Shown here piece after piece: positions 8,929-19,133 of a stretch of DNA of 51,131 bases (positions are counted from its first letter, which is position 1; each line of letters begins with the position of its first letter). The stretch is taken from assembly GCA_964640755.1 (NCBI GenBank), contig CAZXIP010000001.1, positions 1-51,131 on the forward strand. Reading direction: 5' to 3'. The notes below the pieces were generated by a model. That model saw nothing but the letters and a program-made list of their open reading frames with translations, ran no database searches and was not told the origin of the DNA. A program made the translations under genes and the position numbers. The stretch is from an uncultured Smithella sp. (GTDB lineage Bacteria; Desulfobacterota; Syntrophia; Syntrophales; Smithellaceae).

Positions 8929-9074
8929 ATAGTGAGACCCGAGGTTCAGAAACGAAGTGCGCTGAAACTCGCTGGTCGAACTATCCCGCGAAGCGGGTAG
9001 GGATAATAGACACCTCACGCAGGCGTGCAGCATGATAAATTAAGAGTGGAGTATATTTAAGAGAGGAAAGTGAA

Positions 9075-11162
9075 ATGAAGTTCGACGATCAGAAAATCCG
9101 CAATATCGGAATCAGTGCGCATATCGATTCCGGTAAAACCACACTTAGCGAAAGAATCCTTTTTTACACAAAACGGATTCACGCCATTCATGATGTGAAA
9201 GGCAAAGATGGTGTGGGCGCGACCATGGATTCCATGGACCTGGAAAAAGAAAGAGGCATAACAATCGCCTCTGCCGCTACGTATTGTGAGTGGAAAGGGC
9301 ATGAAATTAATATCATTGATACGCCCGGCCACGTCGATTTTACCATTGAAGTGGAACGATCCCTGCGCGTTCTGGACGGTGCAATCCTGGTTTTGTGTTC
9401 AGTCGGCGGTGTTCAGTCGCAGTCCATTACCGTTGATCATCAGATGAAGCGCTACAAAGTTCCCTGCATCGCGTTTATCAACAAATGTGACCGCAGCGGC
9501 GCCAATCCTTTCCGTGTGATTGAACAGTTACGTTCCAAACTGGGTCACAATGCCGTTGCCATGCAGATTCCCATCGGGCTGGAAACAGACCTGCAGGGCG
9601 TGGTTGATCTGGTGGCCATGAAGGCCATGTATTTTGACGGCGATAAAGGTGAAGATATTCGCATCGAAGAAATTCCGCAACAGCTATTCACCGAAGCCAA
9701 AACAAAAAGAGAAGAACTCATCGAGGCCGCATCATTATTTTCCGACGAACTGACGGATGCCATTTTAGAGGAAAAAGAAATTACCTCCGAATTGCTTTAT
9801 GCCGCAATACGCAAAGGAACATTAAAAAGAGAGCTTACACCTGTCTACATGGGATCGGCCTACAAAAATAAAGCCATTCAGCCCCTGCTTGATGGTGTGA
9901 CATATCTTTTACCCACACCGTCCGAAGTGGAAAACATCGCCCTTGATATGGATAATAATGAAGAGCCGGTTGTATTGACCAGCGATTCGGAAAAACCGAT
10001 TGTGGCACTGGCGTTCAAACTGGAAGACGGCCAGTACGGCCAATTAACCTATATTCGTGTTTATGAAGGAACCGTGGAAAAGGGTACCACGATCGTTAAT
10101 GTGCGGAATGGAAAAAAAGTCAAGGTCGGCCGTGTTGTTCGAATGCACGCCGATCAGATGGAAGATGTTGATCATCTGCGCGCCGGTTACATTGGTGCTT
10201 TATTTGGTATTGAATGTTCGTCAGGCGACACATTTGTATCACCGGGCATCAATATGACGATGACCTCCATGTATGTTCCCAAGCCGGTTATCTCGCTGGC
10301 TATTGTGCCGAAGGACAACAAGGCCCAAATGGCCATGTCCAAAGCGCTTAACCGTTTTTCCAAGGAAGATCCGACATTCAAAACCTATGTCGATCATGAA
10401 ACCAACGAAACCATTATTGAAGGTATGGGCGAGCTGCATCTGGACATCTACGTGGAAAGAATGAAGCGCGAATACAATGCGGAAGTCACAACGGGCAATC
10501 CCCGCGTGGCTTATCGTGAAACTATCACGCAGCGGGCGGATTTCAACTATACGCATAAAAAGCAAACAGGCGGCTCCGGACAGTTCGGACGCATTGCCGG
10601 CTACATTGAACCGATCAGCGATGCGGAATTTGTATTTGAAAATAAAATTTTCGGCGGTTCAATCCCCACGCAATATATTCCTGCCTGCGAAAAAGGTTTC
10701 AAACAGAGTATGGCAAAGGGACCCAAGCTGGAGTTTCCGATTACCGGAGTTAAGGTCGTCATTAATGACGGCGCCTCGCATGCGGTGGATTCATCAGATA
10801 TGGCTTTCCAGGCGGCTGCCCGTGGCGCTTTCAAAGAAGCGTATCTGCGAGCCAAGCCGGTAATTCATGAGCCGATTATGAAAGTTGTTGTCGAAAGCCC
10901 GGTTGAATTTCAGGGACCGGTCATGGGGCTGCTCAACCAGCGCCGCGGTATGATTATCGGTTCGCAGGACGAAGGGGTCATGTGTGTAATTGAGGCTCAG
11001 GTGCCGCTGGGGGAAATGTTCGGTTTCTCAACTATCCTTCGTTCATCCACGCAGGGCAAAGCACAGTTTACTATGGAGTTTGCTCTTTATCGTCAGGTGC
11101 CGCAGTCGATTGCGGAAAAGATCGCCCTCGAAGTCGCTCAGAACAAGAAGACGGCAGCTTAA
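9075..11162 (+). CDS. fusA: Elongation factor G (spd/mitochondrial-like subtype)
   Basis: Canonical G1 AHIDSGKTT and G3 DTPGHVDF. It also has [24 protein letters not shown], which resembles mitochondrial/spd-type EF-G. 695 aa, with an AGAGGAAAG SD. Confidence 0.93.
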   Translation: MKFDDQKIRNIGISAHIDSGKTTLSERILFYTKRIHAIHDVKGKDGVGATMDSMDLEKERGITIASAATYCEWKGHEINIIDTPGHVDFTIEVERSLRVLDGAILVLCSVGGVQSQSITVDHQMKRYKVPCIAFINKCDRSGANPFRVIEQLRSKLGHNAVAMQIPIGLETDLQGVVDLVAMKAMYFDGDKGEDIRIEEIPQQLFTEAKTKREELIEAASLFSDELTDAILEEKEITSELLYAAIRKGTLKRELTPVYMGSAYKNKAIQPLLDGVTYLLPTPSEVENIALDMDNNEEPVVLTSDSEKPIVALAFKLEDGQYGQLTYIRVYEGTVEKGTTIVNVRNGKKVKVGRVVRMHADQMEDVDHLRAGYIGALFGIECSSGDTFVSPGINMTMTSMYVPKPVISLAIVPKDNKAQMAMSKALNRFSKEDPTFKTYVDHETNETIIEGMGELHLDIYVERMKREYNAEVTTGNPRVAYRETITQRADFNYTHKKQTGGSGQFGRIAGYIEPISDAEFVFENKIFGGSIPTQYIPACEKGFKQSMAKGPKLEFPITGVKVVINDGASHAVDSSDMAFQAAARGAFKEAYLRAKPVIHEPIMKVVVESPVEFQGPVMGLLNQRRGMIIGSQDEGVMCVIEAQVPLGEMFGFSTILRSSTQGKAQFTMEFALYRQVPQSIAEKIALEVAQNKKTAA

Positions 11163-11247
11163 AAAGGTTCAAGGCGATTTGATGGTGGTTGGAAGAGCTT
11201 TAAGACGGGAAGACAATGTTATCCATTTAACTTATGAGGATATTATT

Positions 11248-11943
11248 ATGATCAGAAAAGAAATCATTCAGCGCAATCCACTGCTCAATCTGGGATTTGA
11301 GAACGATTATATTTTAAAAAGCGGTGGTTTTGGAGCAGTTTTAGCCCATGCAGGTGTAGGCAAAACGGCTTTGCTTGTTCAGATGGCGCTTCATGCCATG
11401 ATGCACGAACAGCCCGTTTTGCATGTGAGTCTGAATGACGCTGTCAGCAAGGTAGATGTCTGGTATCGTGAATTATTCAACGATATGGCTTCTAAATATG
11501 ACTCTACCGAAGTGACGGAGTATTGGGAAAACATCCTCAATTACCGTTTTATCATGACGTTTCGCGTGGAAGGGTTCAGTGTTCCGAAGCTGGAAGAACG
11601 CCTTACCGACTTGATGCAGCAGAATATTTTCAAGCCCTACGTGATCATTCTGGATGGATTAAAATTTGATGAATCCGGGCGTGGTCTCCTTCTGGAACTG
11701 AAGGAATTGGCCAAAAAATATGCCATGCGAATCTGGTTTACCATTCACACGCATAGACACGTACCGCCCAGGGAAGACGGGCTGCCGCTTTCATTTCGGC
11801 ACGTCGAAGACCTGTTTGATGTTCTGGTGCAGTTGGTTGCCGAAGGACCGGAAGTTTACATCAAGGTTCTCAAGGGCCGGTCTTCCGAAGCAAAGCAGGA
11901 TGTCCTGCTTTTAGATCCGGCGACCATGTTGATTAAAGTGTAA
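11248..11943 (+). CDS. RecA/KaiC-superfamily P-loop NTPase of unknown function
   Basis: Walker A AHAGVGKTA and a Walker B-like YVIILDG. The start is chosen at the ATG 11248, preceded by a GAGGA SD 7 nt upstream. The longer ORF from 10990 would overlap fusA. ATG 11182 is an alternative start. Confidence 0.6.
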   Translation: MIRKEIIQRNPLLNLGFENDYILKSGGFGAVLAHAGVGKTALLVQMALHAMMHEQPVLHVSLNDAVSKVDVWYRELFNDMASKYDSTEVTEYWENILNYRFIMTFRVEGFSVPKLEERLTDLMQQNIFKPYVIILDGLKFDESGRGLLLELKELAKKYAMRIWFTIHTHRHVPPREDGLPLSFRHVEDLFDVLVQLVAEGPEVYIKVLKGRSSEAKQDVLLLDPATMLIKV

Positions 11944-12004
11944 AACAACATTATTGTTTCTGCAGTGACACATTCAGTCATCGAAGCCTGAACCGGGGAT
12001 TGAC

Positions 12005-14077
12005 ATGCCCTATAACCGGCTGTGTAATGAGAAAAGTCCATATCTGTTGCAACATGCTCAAAATCCGGTGGACTGGTATCCCTGGGGGGAAGAAGCCTTT
12101 GAAAAGGCTCACAGGGAAGACAAGCCTGTCTTCCTGTCCATAGGGTATTCCACCTGCCACTGGTGTCACGTCATGGAACGTGAATCCTTCGAGAATCTGG
12201 AAATCGCCGGCCTTCTGAATGACTCGTTTGTTAACATCAAAGTTGACCGCGAGGAGCGGCCTGAGATTGATGCCGTTTACATGAAGGTTTGCCAGGTCAT
12301 GACACAAAGCGGCGGCTGGCCCCTGACCATCATCATGACCCCGGATAAACAACCTTTTTTTGCCGCGACCTACATTCCCGATGTGAGTAAATATGGCCGT
12401 GCCGGCCTCAGGGAGATGATCCCCGCAATCAAAAAACTATGGCAGGAGAAACGCGCTGATCTTCTGTCCGATGCATCAGAAATTACCAGGGCAGTGCGTC
12501 ACTTGCCGACCACCGGCTCACAGACTCTTGGTGAAGAAACCATGCATCGGGCTTATCAGTCTTTATTGACCGGTTTCGACAGGACTTACGGCGGATTCGG
12601 CCGCGCGCCGAAATTTCCCTCACCGCACAATTTCTTTTTTCTGCTGAGATACTGGAAGAGAACCGGGTCTGAACAGGCTTTACGCATCGTGGAACACACC
12701 TTGCAAAACATGCGGCGGGGCGGAATTTATGATCAGATCGGGTTCGGTTTTCACCGCTATGCGACGGACGAACGATGGACGCTGCCCCATTTTGAAAAGA
12801 TGCTCTACGATCAGGCGCTCATGGCGCTTGCTTTCATCGAAGTTTACCAGGCGACGGGTAAAAAGGAATACGAAATCTCGTCCCGTGAAATTTTTACCTA
12901 CGTGCTGCGTGACATGACGGATGACGAGGGCGCTTTTTATTGTGCCGAAGATGCGGATAGCGAAGGGGTGGAAGGGAAATTTTATATGTGGTCCCCGGAG
13001 GAGGTCCGAGGCATTCTCACACAAGACGAAGCGGCCCTGTTTTTATCCGACTACCGGCATGAAGCTGACCGGTTCGTGCAGGGGATGCAGGAATTACCGG
13101 AAGGCCAATTCATTCCGCATCTGAAGATGATATCAGATGTCAATGAAAAGAACGTCACAACAGACGGGTCCGGCAAAATAGAGGTTATTCGGAAAAAGCT
13201 TTTTGAACACAGGGAGCAGCGGATCCACCCGCATAAAGACGATAAGATTCTGACGGACTGGAACGGCTTGATGATTGCGTCTTTGGCGCGAGGTGCGCAG
13301 GTTTTTAACGAACCTGAATATGCCAGGGCGGCTCTTCGTGCGATGGGATTTATCACCAAAACCATGCGGGACAAAGAGGGCAGACTGCTGCACCGGTACC
13401 GTAAAGGGCAGGCGGCGATTGCCGGGAATGTAGATGATTATTCTTTTTTGATCTGGGCGCTTCTTGAACTTTACGAAACGACGTTTGATGCCGGGCATTT
13501 GGTTCAAGCGCTCGAATATCAGTCTCACCTGTTTGCCCGTTTCCGGGATGAGCTAAGCGGAGGATTCTTTTTTACACCCGATGACGCTGAAATGCTCCTG
13601 ATGCGCCCGAAAGAACTTTACGACGGCGCCGTCCCTTCGGGCAACTCTGTTGCGTATATGAACGCCCTCCGCCTGTCCAGAATAACCGGAAATGCCGATA
13701 TAGGAGAAAAGGCAGAGGAAATTTACAGGGCTTTTGGTACACCGGTAGAGGAGATGCCTACCGCTTTTACCCAGTTTCTGTGCGGACTGGACTTTGCTCT
13801 CAGGCCTTCAAAAGAAGTGATTATCGCTGGAGAAATCAACAGCGAGGACACCAGGAATATGATGAGTGCATTGAGAAAAAGTTTTGTGCCGAATAAGGTC
13901 GTGGTGTTTTTACCTGATGGTCCCTCAAGGCAGGAGATGGAGGCTATAGCGCCGTTTCTGAAATCTTATTCAAGCGATCACGGACATGCAACAGCCTATG
14001 TCTGTTCAAATTACAGCTGTTCACCTGCAACGACTGATCCCGGAAAAATGATGGCCCTGCTGAAAGATGATGGATGA
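12005..14077 (+). CDS. Thioredoxin-domain protein, DUF255/YyaL family (N-terminal Trx-like domain plus six-hairpin glycosidase-like domain)
   Basis: N-terminal [48 protein letters not shown] is diagnostic of the family. 690 aa. Confidence 0.9.
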   Translation: MPYNRLCNEKSPYLLQHAQNPVDWYPWGEEAFEKAHREDKPVFLSIGYSTCHWCHVMERESFENLEIAGLLNDSFVNIKVDREERPEIDAVYMKVCQVMTQSGGWPLTIIMTPDKQPFFAATYIPDVSKYGRAGLREMIPAIKKLWQEKRADLLSDASEITRAVRHLPTTGSQTLGEETMHRAYQSLLTGFDRTYGGFGRAPKFPSPHNFFFLLRYWKRTGSEQALRIVEHTLQNMRRGGIYDQIGFGFHRYATDERWTLPHFEKMLYDQALMALAFIEVYQATGKKEYEISSREIFTYVLRDMTDDEGAFYCAEDADSEGVEGKFYMWSPEEVRGILTQDEAALFLSDYRHEADRFVQGMQELPEGQFIPHLKMISDVNEKNVTTDGSGKIEVIRKKLFEHREQRIHPHKDDKILTDWNGLMIASLARGAQVFNEPEYARAALRAMGFITKTMRDKEGRLLHRYRKGQAAIAGNVDDYSFLIWALLELYETTFDAGHLVQALEYQSHLFARFRDELSGGFFFTPDDAEMLLMRPKELYDGAVPSGNSVAYMNALRLSRITGNADIGEKAEEIYRAFGTPVEEMPTAFTQFLCGLDFALRPSKEVIIAGEINSEDTRNMMSALRKSFVPNKVVVFLPDGPSRQEMEAIAPFLKSYSSDHGHATAYVCSNYSCSPATTDPGKMMALLKDDG

Positions 14078-14440
14078 TTACTTGCCGAGGCAGTCTGATC
14101 TGCCTTTGCCCTGGCCTTCGGTGGTTTCCTTTTTCAGGATTCCGTCGTCAAAAGTAAGGGCATAGATAAAATCGTTTTCACCGCAGTTGTAATGCCAGAC
14201 TTCCACTTTGTTGCCGCATTTCTTCGATCTTATCTTTTTCCCTTTTATATCGGTGCGGATCGTGGTTTGAGGATCTTCACAGGCTTTTTCTTTTGAAGTC
14301 GGTTTGCCGCAGGTAACCAAAACCTGCATCTTTGTGTCCCCGCTGGTGACAAGGCCGTTTCCACAGCGGAAGGCAGCTGTGTCAGTGCAGAAGAAAAATA
14401 TCATGACAAAACTGATTAGAATTATTTTGTTGATATTCAA
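14078..14440 (-). CDS. DUF2845 family small secreted protein
   Basis: A signal peptide followed by FRCGNGLVTSGDTKMQVLVTCGKPT and VEVWHYNCGENDF..LTFDDGIL, which match my recollection of the DUF2845 pattern. Confidence 0.75.
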   Translation of the reverse strand: MNINKIILISFVMIFFFCTDTAAFRCGNGLVTSGDTKMQVLVTCGKPTSKEKACEDPQTTIRTDIKGKKIRSKKCGNKVEVWHYNCGENDFIYALTFDDGILKKETTEGQGKGRSDCLGK

Positions 14441-14443
14441 CGT

Positions 14444-15388
14444 TTATCCTTTCTTTCTTAAATCATTAATCAGCACAAGATATTCATACTTGTAGAGATC
14501 ATGCACAAACTGCTGGATAATTTCCTGCTCATCGGAAAGCGGGGTTGGCGATTGCAGGGCGGCTTTCAGCCTGTCGTTGAAGTCAAGTGGAAAGAGATCG
14601 ATATATTGGCCCCGGATAACACGATAACGGAAGGAACGCGCTATTTTCTGGAGATGGGAAAATTTCACGGTGAATTCATCGTGGCCCTTGAGCGTTATTC
14701 TTTCGGGTATCCCCCGCGCTGTGAACTGATGCTGAGGAAAATGAGCATTATTCATTGACGCTTCACAGCTGTGTTCACTGATATAAATATAGGGAATGTC
14801 TGCTCCGCATAATTTTTCCACAACTTCCATCGCTCCGATGTTAATATTTTCTTTCGGGGCAAATTCAAGATCAAATTCTTCCATGTAGTCTTTCATTCGC
14901 TTTATGGAGCGAATCGTTTCCGGATCATTTTGTTCCGGTTGGCTTTCATCAAAGACGAGGGTGGGAAAATCTCCAAGATTCTCATTCAGAACCACAAAAT
15001 CAAACGATCGGAGATCGGACAGGGATATCTTCAAAAAATCCATTTCCCGGAAATTCACAGGGAATCCGCTGAGGGTTTCCTTTTGCTTCTCCAGAAGGAA
15101 AGGAGAGATATCCAGCATGGTTGCCTGGAAATGAGGGGCCAGAGACAGAAAATCACGCATCAGATAGCCCAGCCCCCCACCGACTTCCAGTACGTTTTTC
15201 AGACGGTCAAAAGGGATAATTTTTTCCAAAGAATGGAAAAGTTGCACTCCGAAGGACTCCCTGTTTTTCAAAACCTGGCGGCAGGGACTGTCTTCCGGGT
15301 GAAGCGCATTGCAGACAGTTAATTCCCACCCCAGCGTATTCAGGGTGCGAATATGGTAATCATTTGTTGTGTTTAGAGTATAGCCCAT
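14444..15388 (-). CDS. Class I SAM-dependent methyltransferase
   Basis: Motif I VLEVGGGLGYL and an acidic motif II MLDIS. 314 aa. Confidence 0.7.
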   Translation of the reverse strand: MGYTLNTTNDYHIRTLNTLGWELTVCNALHPEDSPCRQVLKNRESFGVQLFHSLEKIIPFDRLKNVLEVGGGLGYLMRDFLSLAPHFQATMLDISPFLLEKQKETLSGFPVNFREMDFLKISLSDLRSFDFVVLNENLGDFPTLVFDESQPEQNDPETIRSIKRMKDYMEEFDLEFAPKENINIGAMEVVEKLCGADIPYIYISEHSCEASMNNAHFPQHQFTARGIPERITLKGHDEFTVKFSHLQKIARSFRYRVIRGQYIDLFPLDFNDRLKAALQSPTPLSDEQEIIQQFVHDLYKYEYLVLINDLRKKG

Positions 15389-15483
15389 ATGTAAAAATTT
15401 TATCAGTCTTTATGAAATGTTCGATTTTTCGTCTTGTAATTCAGATCAGTGGAAAAATCAATAATGAATATTCTTGTCCGCTT

Positions 15484-16518
15484 TTACTTTGTCGTAGGAA
15501 AGCGCTTTTGAAGCTCGGGAATCAGCTTTGTTCGAATATTTTCGGAATCGCTATATTTTTTTGTATAGGTGCTGGAAAAACGCAGCAGACACGTTGGTGT
15601 CTGATCGATTTCATAACGTTTGATTGTTGCTGACCATTCATTGTATACGGGTTTCGGATCCATCGTTTTCAATGCGATGTTTTTGGATGTTAAAGCTGCA
15701 GATAAGAGAGGATCCTGATTGATTATGTTTTGTACGGCAAGTGAAAAAAGGACATGCCTTGCTTTCACGGCATTTTGATGATCTTTGCCGGCCGCTGCGG
15801 CATAAAGAAAATACTTCGAGTAAAGTGCAGAATATTTATGACCAGGGTAATCCACAAAGGTAATTTTAATATCGCCTCTGTTGAGAAGCCTTTCAATTTC
15901 CGGCCCCAGGTGTTTCTCTACAGATTGGCACGGAGGACAAAAGTAGTCCGTGAAGATGATCAGCTCCCATGCGCCTTTTCCATAAGAAGGGAGCACTGAA
16001 TTTTCGCCCGCATAAGCGGGTGTGATGGACCCCGAAAAAGACAGGCAGACAAAGACGTAGCCGGCAAGTATCATGAACAGCATGGGCAGATGCTGGTTTT
16101 TGAGGAAAGGGATTCTTGCGTCTCCGAAAAAATATACCATTTTCTGGTACCATTTGTTTCTCATGCTGGATCTTTCATAGTTGATGATATACATCAAAAA
16201 AACCATGACGCCGAAAGACAGGCAATAAGGGCAGAAAATATTTTCCCTCAACTGAAAGGAAACCAGAAAAATTTCGACGCCGATGCCTGCCGAGACGAGC
16301 ATGCGGATGAAATCGGCCTGCTTGAAAAGAGCCAGAAGGATGATGATACCCATATAACCTACACCAATATATTTGAGATCAATGCCGAAGATGTCACCGC
16401 GGAGGTAAGTGCAGGCGGTGTCGCATGATGCATAAAAAATCATAATGCCAATGCCGATCAATGCCAGTAAAACCGTCCAGATCAGCCGGTGTTGGAAAAA
16501 TAACCTGTAAAGACGCAT
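15484..16518 (-). CDS. Vitamin K epoxide reductase (VKOR) domain fused to a thioredoxin/DsbA-like domain
   Basis: N-terminal 4-5 TM helices carry a loop Cys pair (CDTAC) and an intramembrane CPYC. The C-terminal soluble domain carries FCPPC. Confidence 0.8.
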   Translation of the reverse strand: MRLYRLFFQHRLIWTVLLALIGIGIMIFYASCDTACTYLRGDIFGIDLKYIGVGYMGIIILLALFKQADFIRMLVSAGIGVEIFLVSFQLRENIFCPYCLSFGVMVFLMYIINYERSSMRNKWYQKMVYFFGDARIPFLKNQHLPMLFMILAGYVFVCLSFSGSITPAYAGENSVLPSYGKGAWELIIFTDYFCPPCQSVEKHLGPEIERLLNRGDIKITFVDYPGHKYSALYSKYFLYAAAAGKDHQNAVKARHVLFSLAVQNIINQDPLLSAALTSKNIALKTMDPKPVYNEWSATIKRYEIDQTPTCLLRFSSTYTKKYSDSENIRTKLIPELQKRFPTTK

Positions 16519-16672
16519 CTTTAATATTCTTTCCTGTGGATTATTTAGATTTGATTATAAATATTGGGTGTTCCAATGTCAATATAATCTTAAATGATCA
16601 TAACGGACTTGACAGGGATTATATGATTATCCATAGTTTTCAGGACGAGTGTTAAGACTCTGCAGCCCACTG

Positions 16673-16681
16673 TGATATAAT
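16673..16681 (+). promoter_or_regulatory. Candidate extended -10 promoter element (TGATATAAT)
   Basis: It matches the TGnTATAAT consensus exactly. It abuts repeat copy 2, 65 nt upstream of the addB-like ATG. A separate TTGACA-N17-CATAGT lies at 16609..16637. Confidence 0.3.
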
Positions 16682-16726
16682 AATGTTCATTTCATATCTC
16701 GACAGCTTGCTGCGAGGTGGTTGATT
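16681..16726 (+). repeat. Copy 2 of the 46-nt conserved leader element
   Basis: It aligns to 611..656 at a constant offset of 16070 nt. The same offset also aligns the two downstream ATG codons (676 and 16746). Confidence 0.7.
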
Positions 16727-16745
16727 GGGGAGGGTGGAAAACAAC

Positions 16746-19133
16746 ATGTCACAATATTCTGAAAAGTTAATCAGTCTTTTACGCAGCGACCATCCTGACC
16801 TTTCCGGCTGGACAATCATCTGTGCAAGCGACAGGGCCGTTGACCCGGTGCAAAACCTGATCCACAGAGAGCTTGGAGGCATTCTCCCGAAAGTTGAAGG
16901 TTTTCGTTCCTATGTTGCAGGGAGAATCAGCCAGCGCATGAAGCTGAAACCTTTGCCGGCTGATGAGGTACTTCTCTATTTTATCCAATTTATTGCGCAA
17001 AAATTTCCCGACGAAGCATATCCGGCTCGTCGTGCTGCAGACCTTCTTCCCCTTATTGCAAAGCTGTCGGAATATAACATTGGAAGAGACACGATTTGGG
17101 GATCTGAACGTTTTACCGAGGATGAGTGGTGCAGACTCGAGGAATACCTTGATACGGCGCGGGGTTTTCGCGAATGGCTTTCCGGGATCAATTTCTTCAT
17201 GACAGCGCTTGAAGTATCGCGTCTTAATGAAATCACTCCCACAGAAAAGGAAATTTATATTGGACTTCCCGAGATAACACCGGTGACTGAACGATTTTAC
17301 AGAAAGATCGGAAAAGAAAAGTTATTGGTTGACAAGCCGCTGTACGGTCTTGAACTGAAAGGGACTGAAAAACTTCCTTTTGACTCGGCAAAAAATCTTG
17401 TCCTGTCGTTTGGCGGTGACGTCGAATATTCGGAAGGTGCAGGCATCGAGCTGGTCAGGCTTGCCGGACTTCATGCCGTCGTTGACCTGGTGACAATGGA
17501 GGTTACAAAATTCCTTGAAGAACGGTCTGAAAATGATCAGATGCTGATATATCTGCTTGATGAGTCACTGACAACGATGCTCTGGAACAGATCGCTCCGA
17601 CTGTTCGGAAATTCTGTCAACCTTGCCGTATGGCTGCCATTTTCGATAACGGCGGCAGCCAGAAGACTTTTGGCGGAAATAGAAGATGAGGGGTCATCAG
17701 GCCGGATTCCTGATTTTAAGAAATATGCTACCGCCTGCGCGGTGGAATTATCAAAAAACAGGGATCAGTATGTCCGCGAAGAGTGTGAGGCACTTGAGGC
17801 TGCCATATCCATTTCCACTCTCCTTGACGATTGGAAAGAAAGACTGGGGCGTCATCTGACCGATGCTGCGAAAATGCTCATTGATTCAAGAAAATTCCGC
17901 CTCACGGGAAGCAGGTCGGCACCGATCCAGGTTGTCGGATTCGGTCATGTTTCAGGAGAGAAATTCAGCAGAGGATTGATGCTTCCTCTCGACAGCGGAA
18001 TCATGCCGACACAGCCCTTTGAAGGCCCTTTTATAAATCCGGTGCATGTGCCACAGTTGCGGAAAGGCGTATTTGAATATGAGGATCTTCTTTTCAGACA
18101 GATCCTCGCACAGGGTGGCAGGATTAAAATAGCGGCCGTAGACGACAAAATACGGGAAAGGACGCCGAGCCATTACATGAGTCTCCTTGCGCAGGAATTC
18201 GGGAAACCGGTCACTGCAACAGAATTTAAGGAATCGTTGTCAGCGAGGGGAAGCATTAAAAAACCTTCGATACCCGTTGACGATAATCTAAGGAACAAAC
18301 TTAAAGATTTTACATATTCTTTTTCGAGCCTTTCAGAAATATTAGCTTGCCCGTTTTTGTTTTACCATCGATACATACTCAGGATGGACCCTCCGTCGTT
18401 TATGACTGATGATGAGAAAATAAATATGCGGATGGGAATATTTGTTCATCAATTCCTTCATCAACTATCAACCGCTAGAAAGGATTTGATGGATAACTGG
18501 GAGATTCTTTTTGATGAACTCTGGGAAAACGATGAGAATGCCCATACGAGAGACATGGACGGAATCAACATCTACATGCTTAACACAAAAATCTTATTCA
18601 AGGAAATATACGAGGATGAATTGGAGTCGGGAGAGCGAATCATCTTTGCCGACAATGCCATATCCTGTGAGGAAAAATTTAGTGGCAGGATTGCCGGGTA
18701 CTATAAAATAACCGGACGGTCAGACAGGGTGGCTAAGATGTCGGGGTGCACCCAGGTTATTGATTTTAAATATTCAAAAAAGAAAAACAGTTTTAATATT
18801 TCTTCAAAAACAAACGTAGTGGAGCGATTCAAAGAAAATGGCATTCTGCACCCCGCAGCCCAACTGATGATCTATCACCACTTTATTGGAGGAGTGGATC
18901 GGGCCTTTTTTTATTTTCTGAAAGAATCGTCAAAAGACCGGGTGATGGCGCTTCCAGATGATCTGATCGCTGTGACGGATGATCTGATGTGTGCCATCAG
19001 GGGAAGGCTCGACGAAATCATCGGCGGAAACGAACTTGTGCCAGATCATGACTCGCAGGAGTGTGAATTCTGTCTGTTTCAGGCATTATGCGGAAGGGAA
19101 GCCTACTATAAAACATCGAGGAGGAATGGCTGA
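16746..19133 (+). CDS. addB: AddB-like PD-(D/E)XK nuclease subunit with Fe-S cluster motif (inactive helicase-like N-terminus)
   Basis: The C-terminal nuclease has GRSDRV ... VIDFKYSKK ... QLMIYHH. A four-Cys pattern (ACPF ... CEFCLFQALC, i.e. C-Xn-C-X2-C-X5-C) is as in AddB/Cas4. I see no Walker A at the N-terminus. There is a TGATG overlap with the downstream helicase. First ATG at 16746. Confidence 0.7.
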   Translation: MSQYSEKLISLLRSDHPDLSGWTIICASDRAVDPVQNLIHRELGGILPKVEGFRSYVAGRISQRMKLKPLPADEVLLYFIQFIAQKFPDEAYPARRAADLLPLIAKLSEYNIGRDTIWGSERFTEDEWCRLEEYLDTARGFREWLSGINFFMTALEVSRLNEITPTEKEIYIGLPEITPVTERFYRKIGKEKLLVDKPLYGLELKGTEKLPFDSAKNLVLSFGGDVEYSEGAGIELVRLAGLHAVVDLVTMEVTKFLEERSENDQMLIYLLDESLTTMLWNRSLRLFGNSVNLAVWLPFSITAAARRLLAEIEDEGSSGRIPDFKKYATACAVELSKNRDQYVREECEALEAAISISTLLDDWKERLGRHLTDAAKMLIDSRKFRLTGSRSAPIQVVGFGHVSGEKFSRGLMLPLDSGIMPTQPFEGPFINPVHVPQLRKGVFEYEDLLFRQILAQGGRIKIAAVDDKIRERTPSHYMSLLAQEFGKPVTATEFKESLSARGSIKKPSIPVDDNLRNKLKDFTYSFSSLSEILACPFLFYHRYILRMDPPSFMTDDEKINMRMGIFVHQFLHQLSTARKDLMDNWEILFDELWENDENAHTRDMDGINIYMLNTKILFKEIYEDELESGERIIFADNAISCEEKFSGRIAGYYKITGRSDRVAKMSGCTQVIDFKYSKKKNSFNISSKTNVVERFKENGILHPAAQLMIYHHFIGGVDRAFFYFLKESSKDRVMALPDDLIAVTDDLMCAIRGRLDEIIGGNELVPDHDSQECEFCLFQALCGREAYYKTSRRNG

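Noticed and set aside
8851-9033. 60-aa ORF on the - strand in the divergent intergenic region
   Set aside because: It has no SD, an Arg/Ser-rich low-information sequence, and it overlaps the hairpin/terminator structure. The region is better explained as non-coding leader or sRNA.
10990-11247. N-terminal extension of the P-loop ORF overlapping the 3' end of fusA by about 170 nt
   Set aside because: Such a long out-of-frame overlap with a highly conserved gene is implausible. A good SD precedes the internal ATG at 11248.
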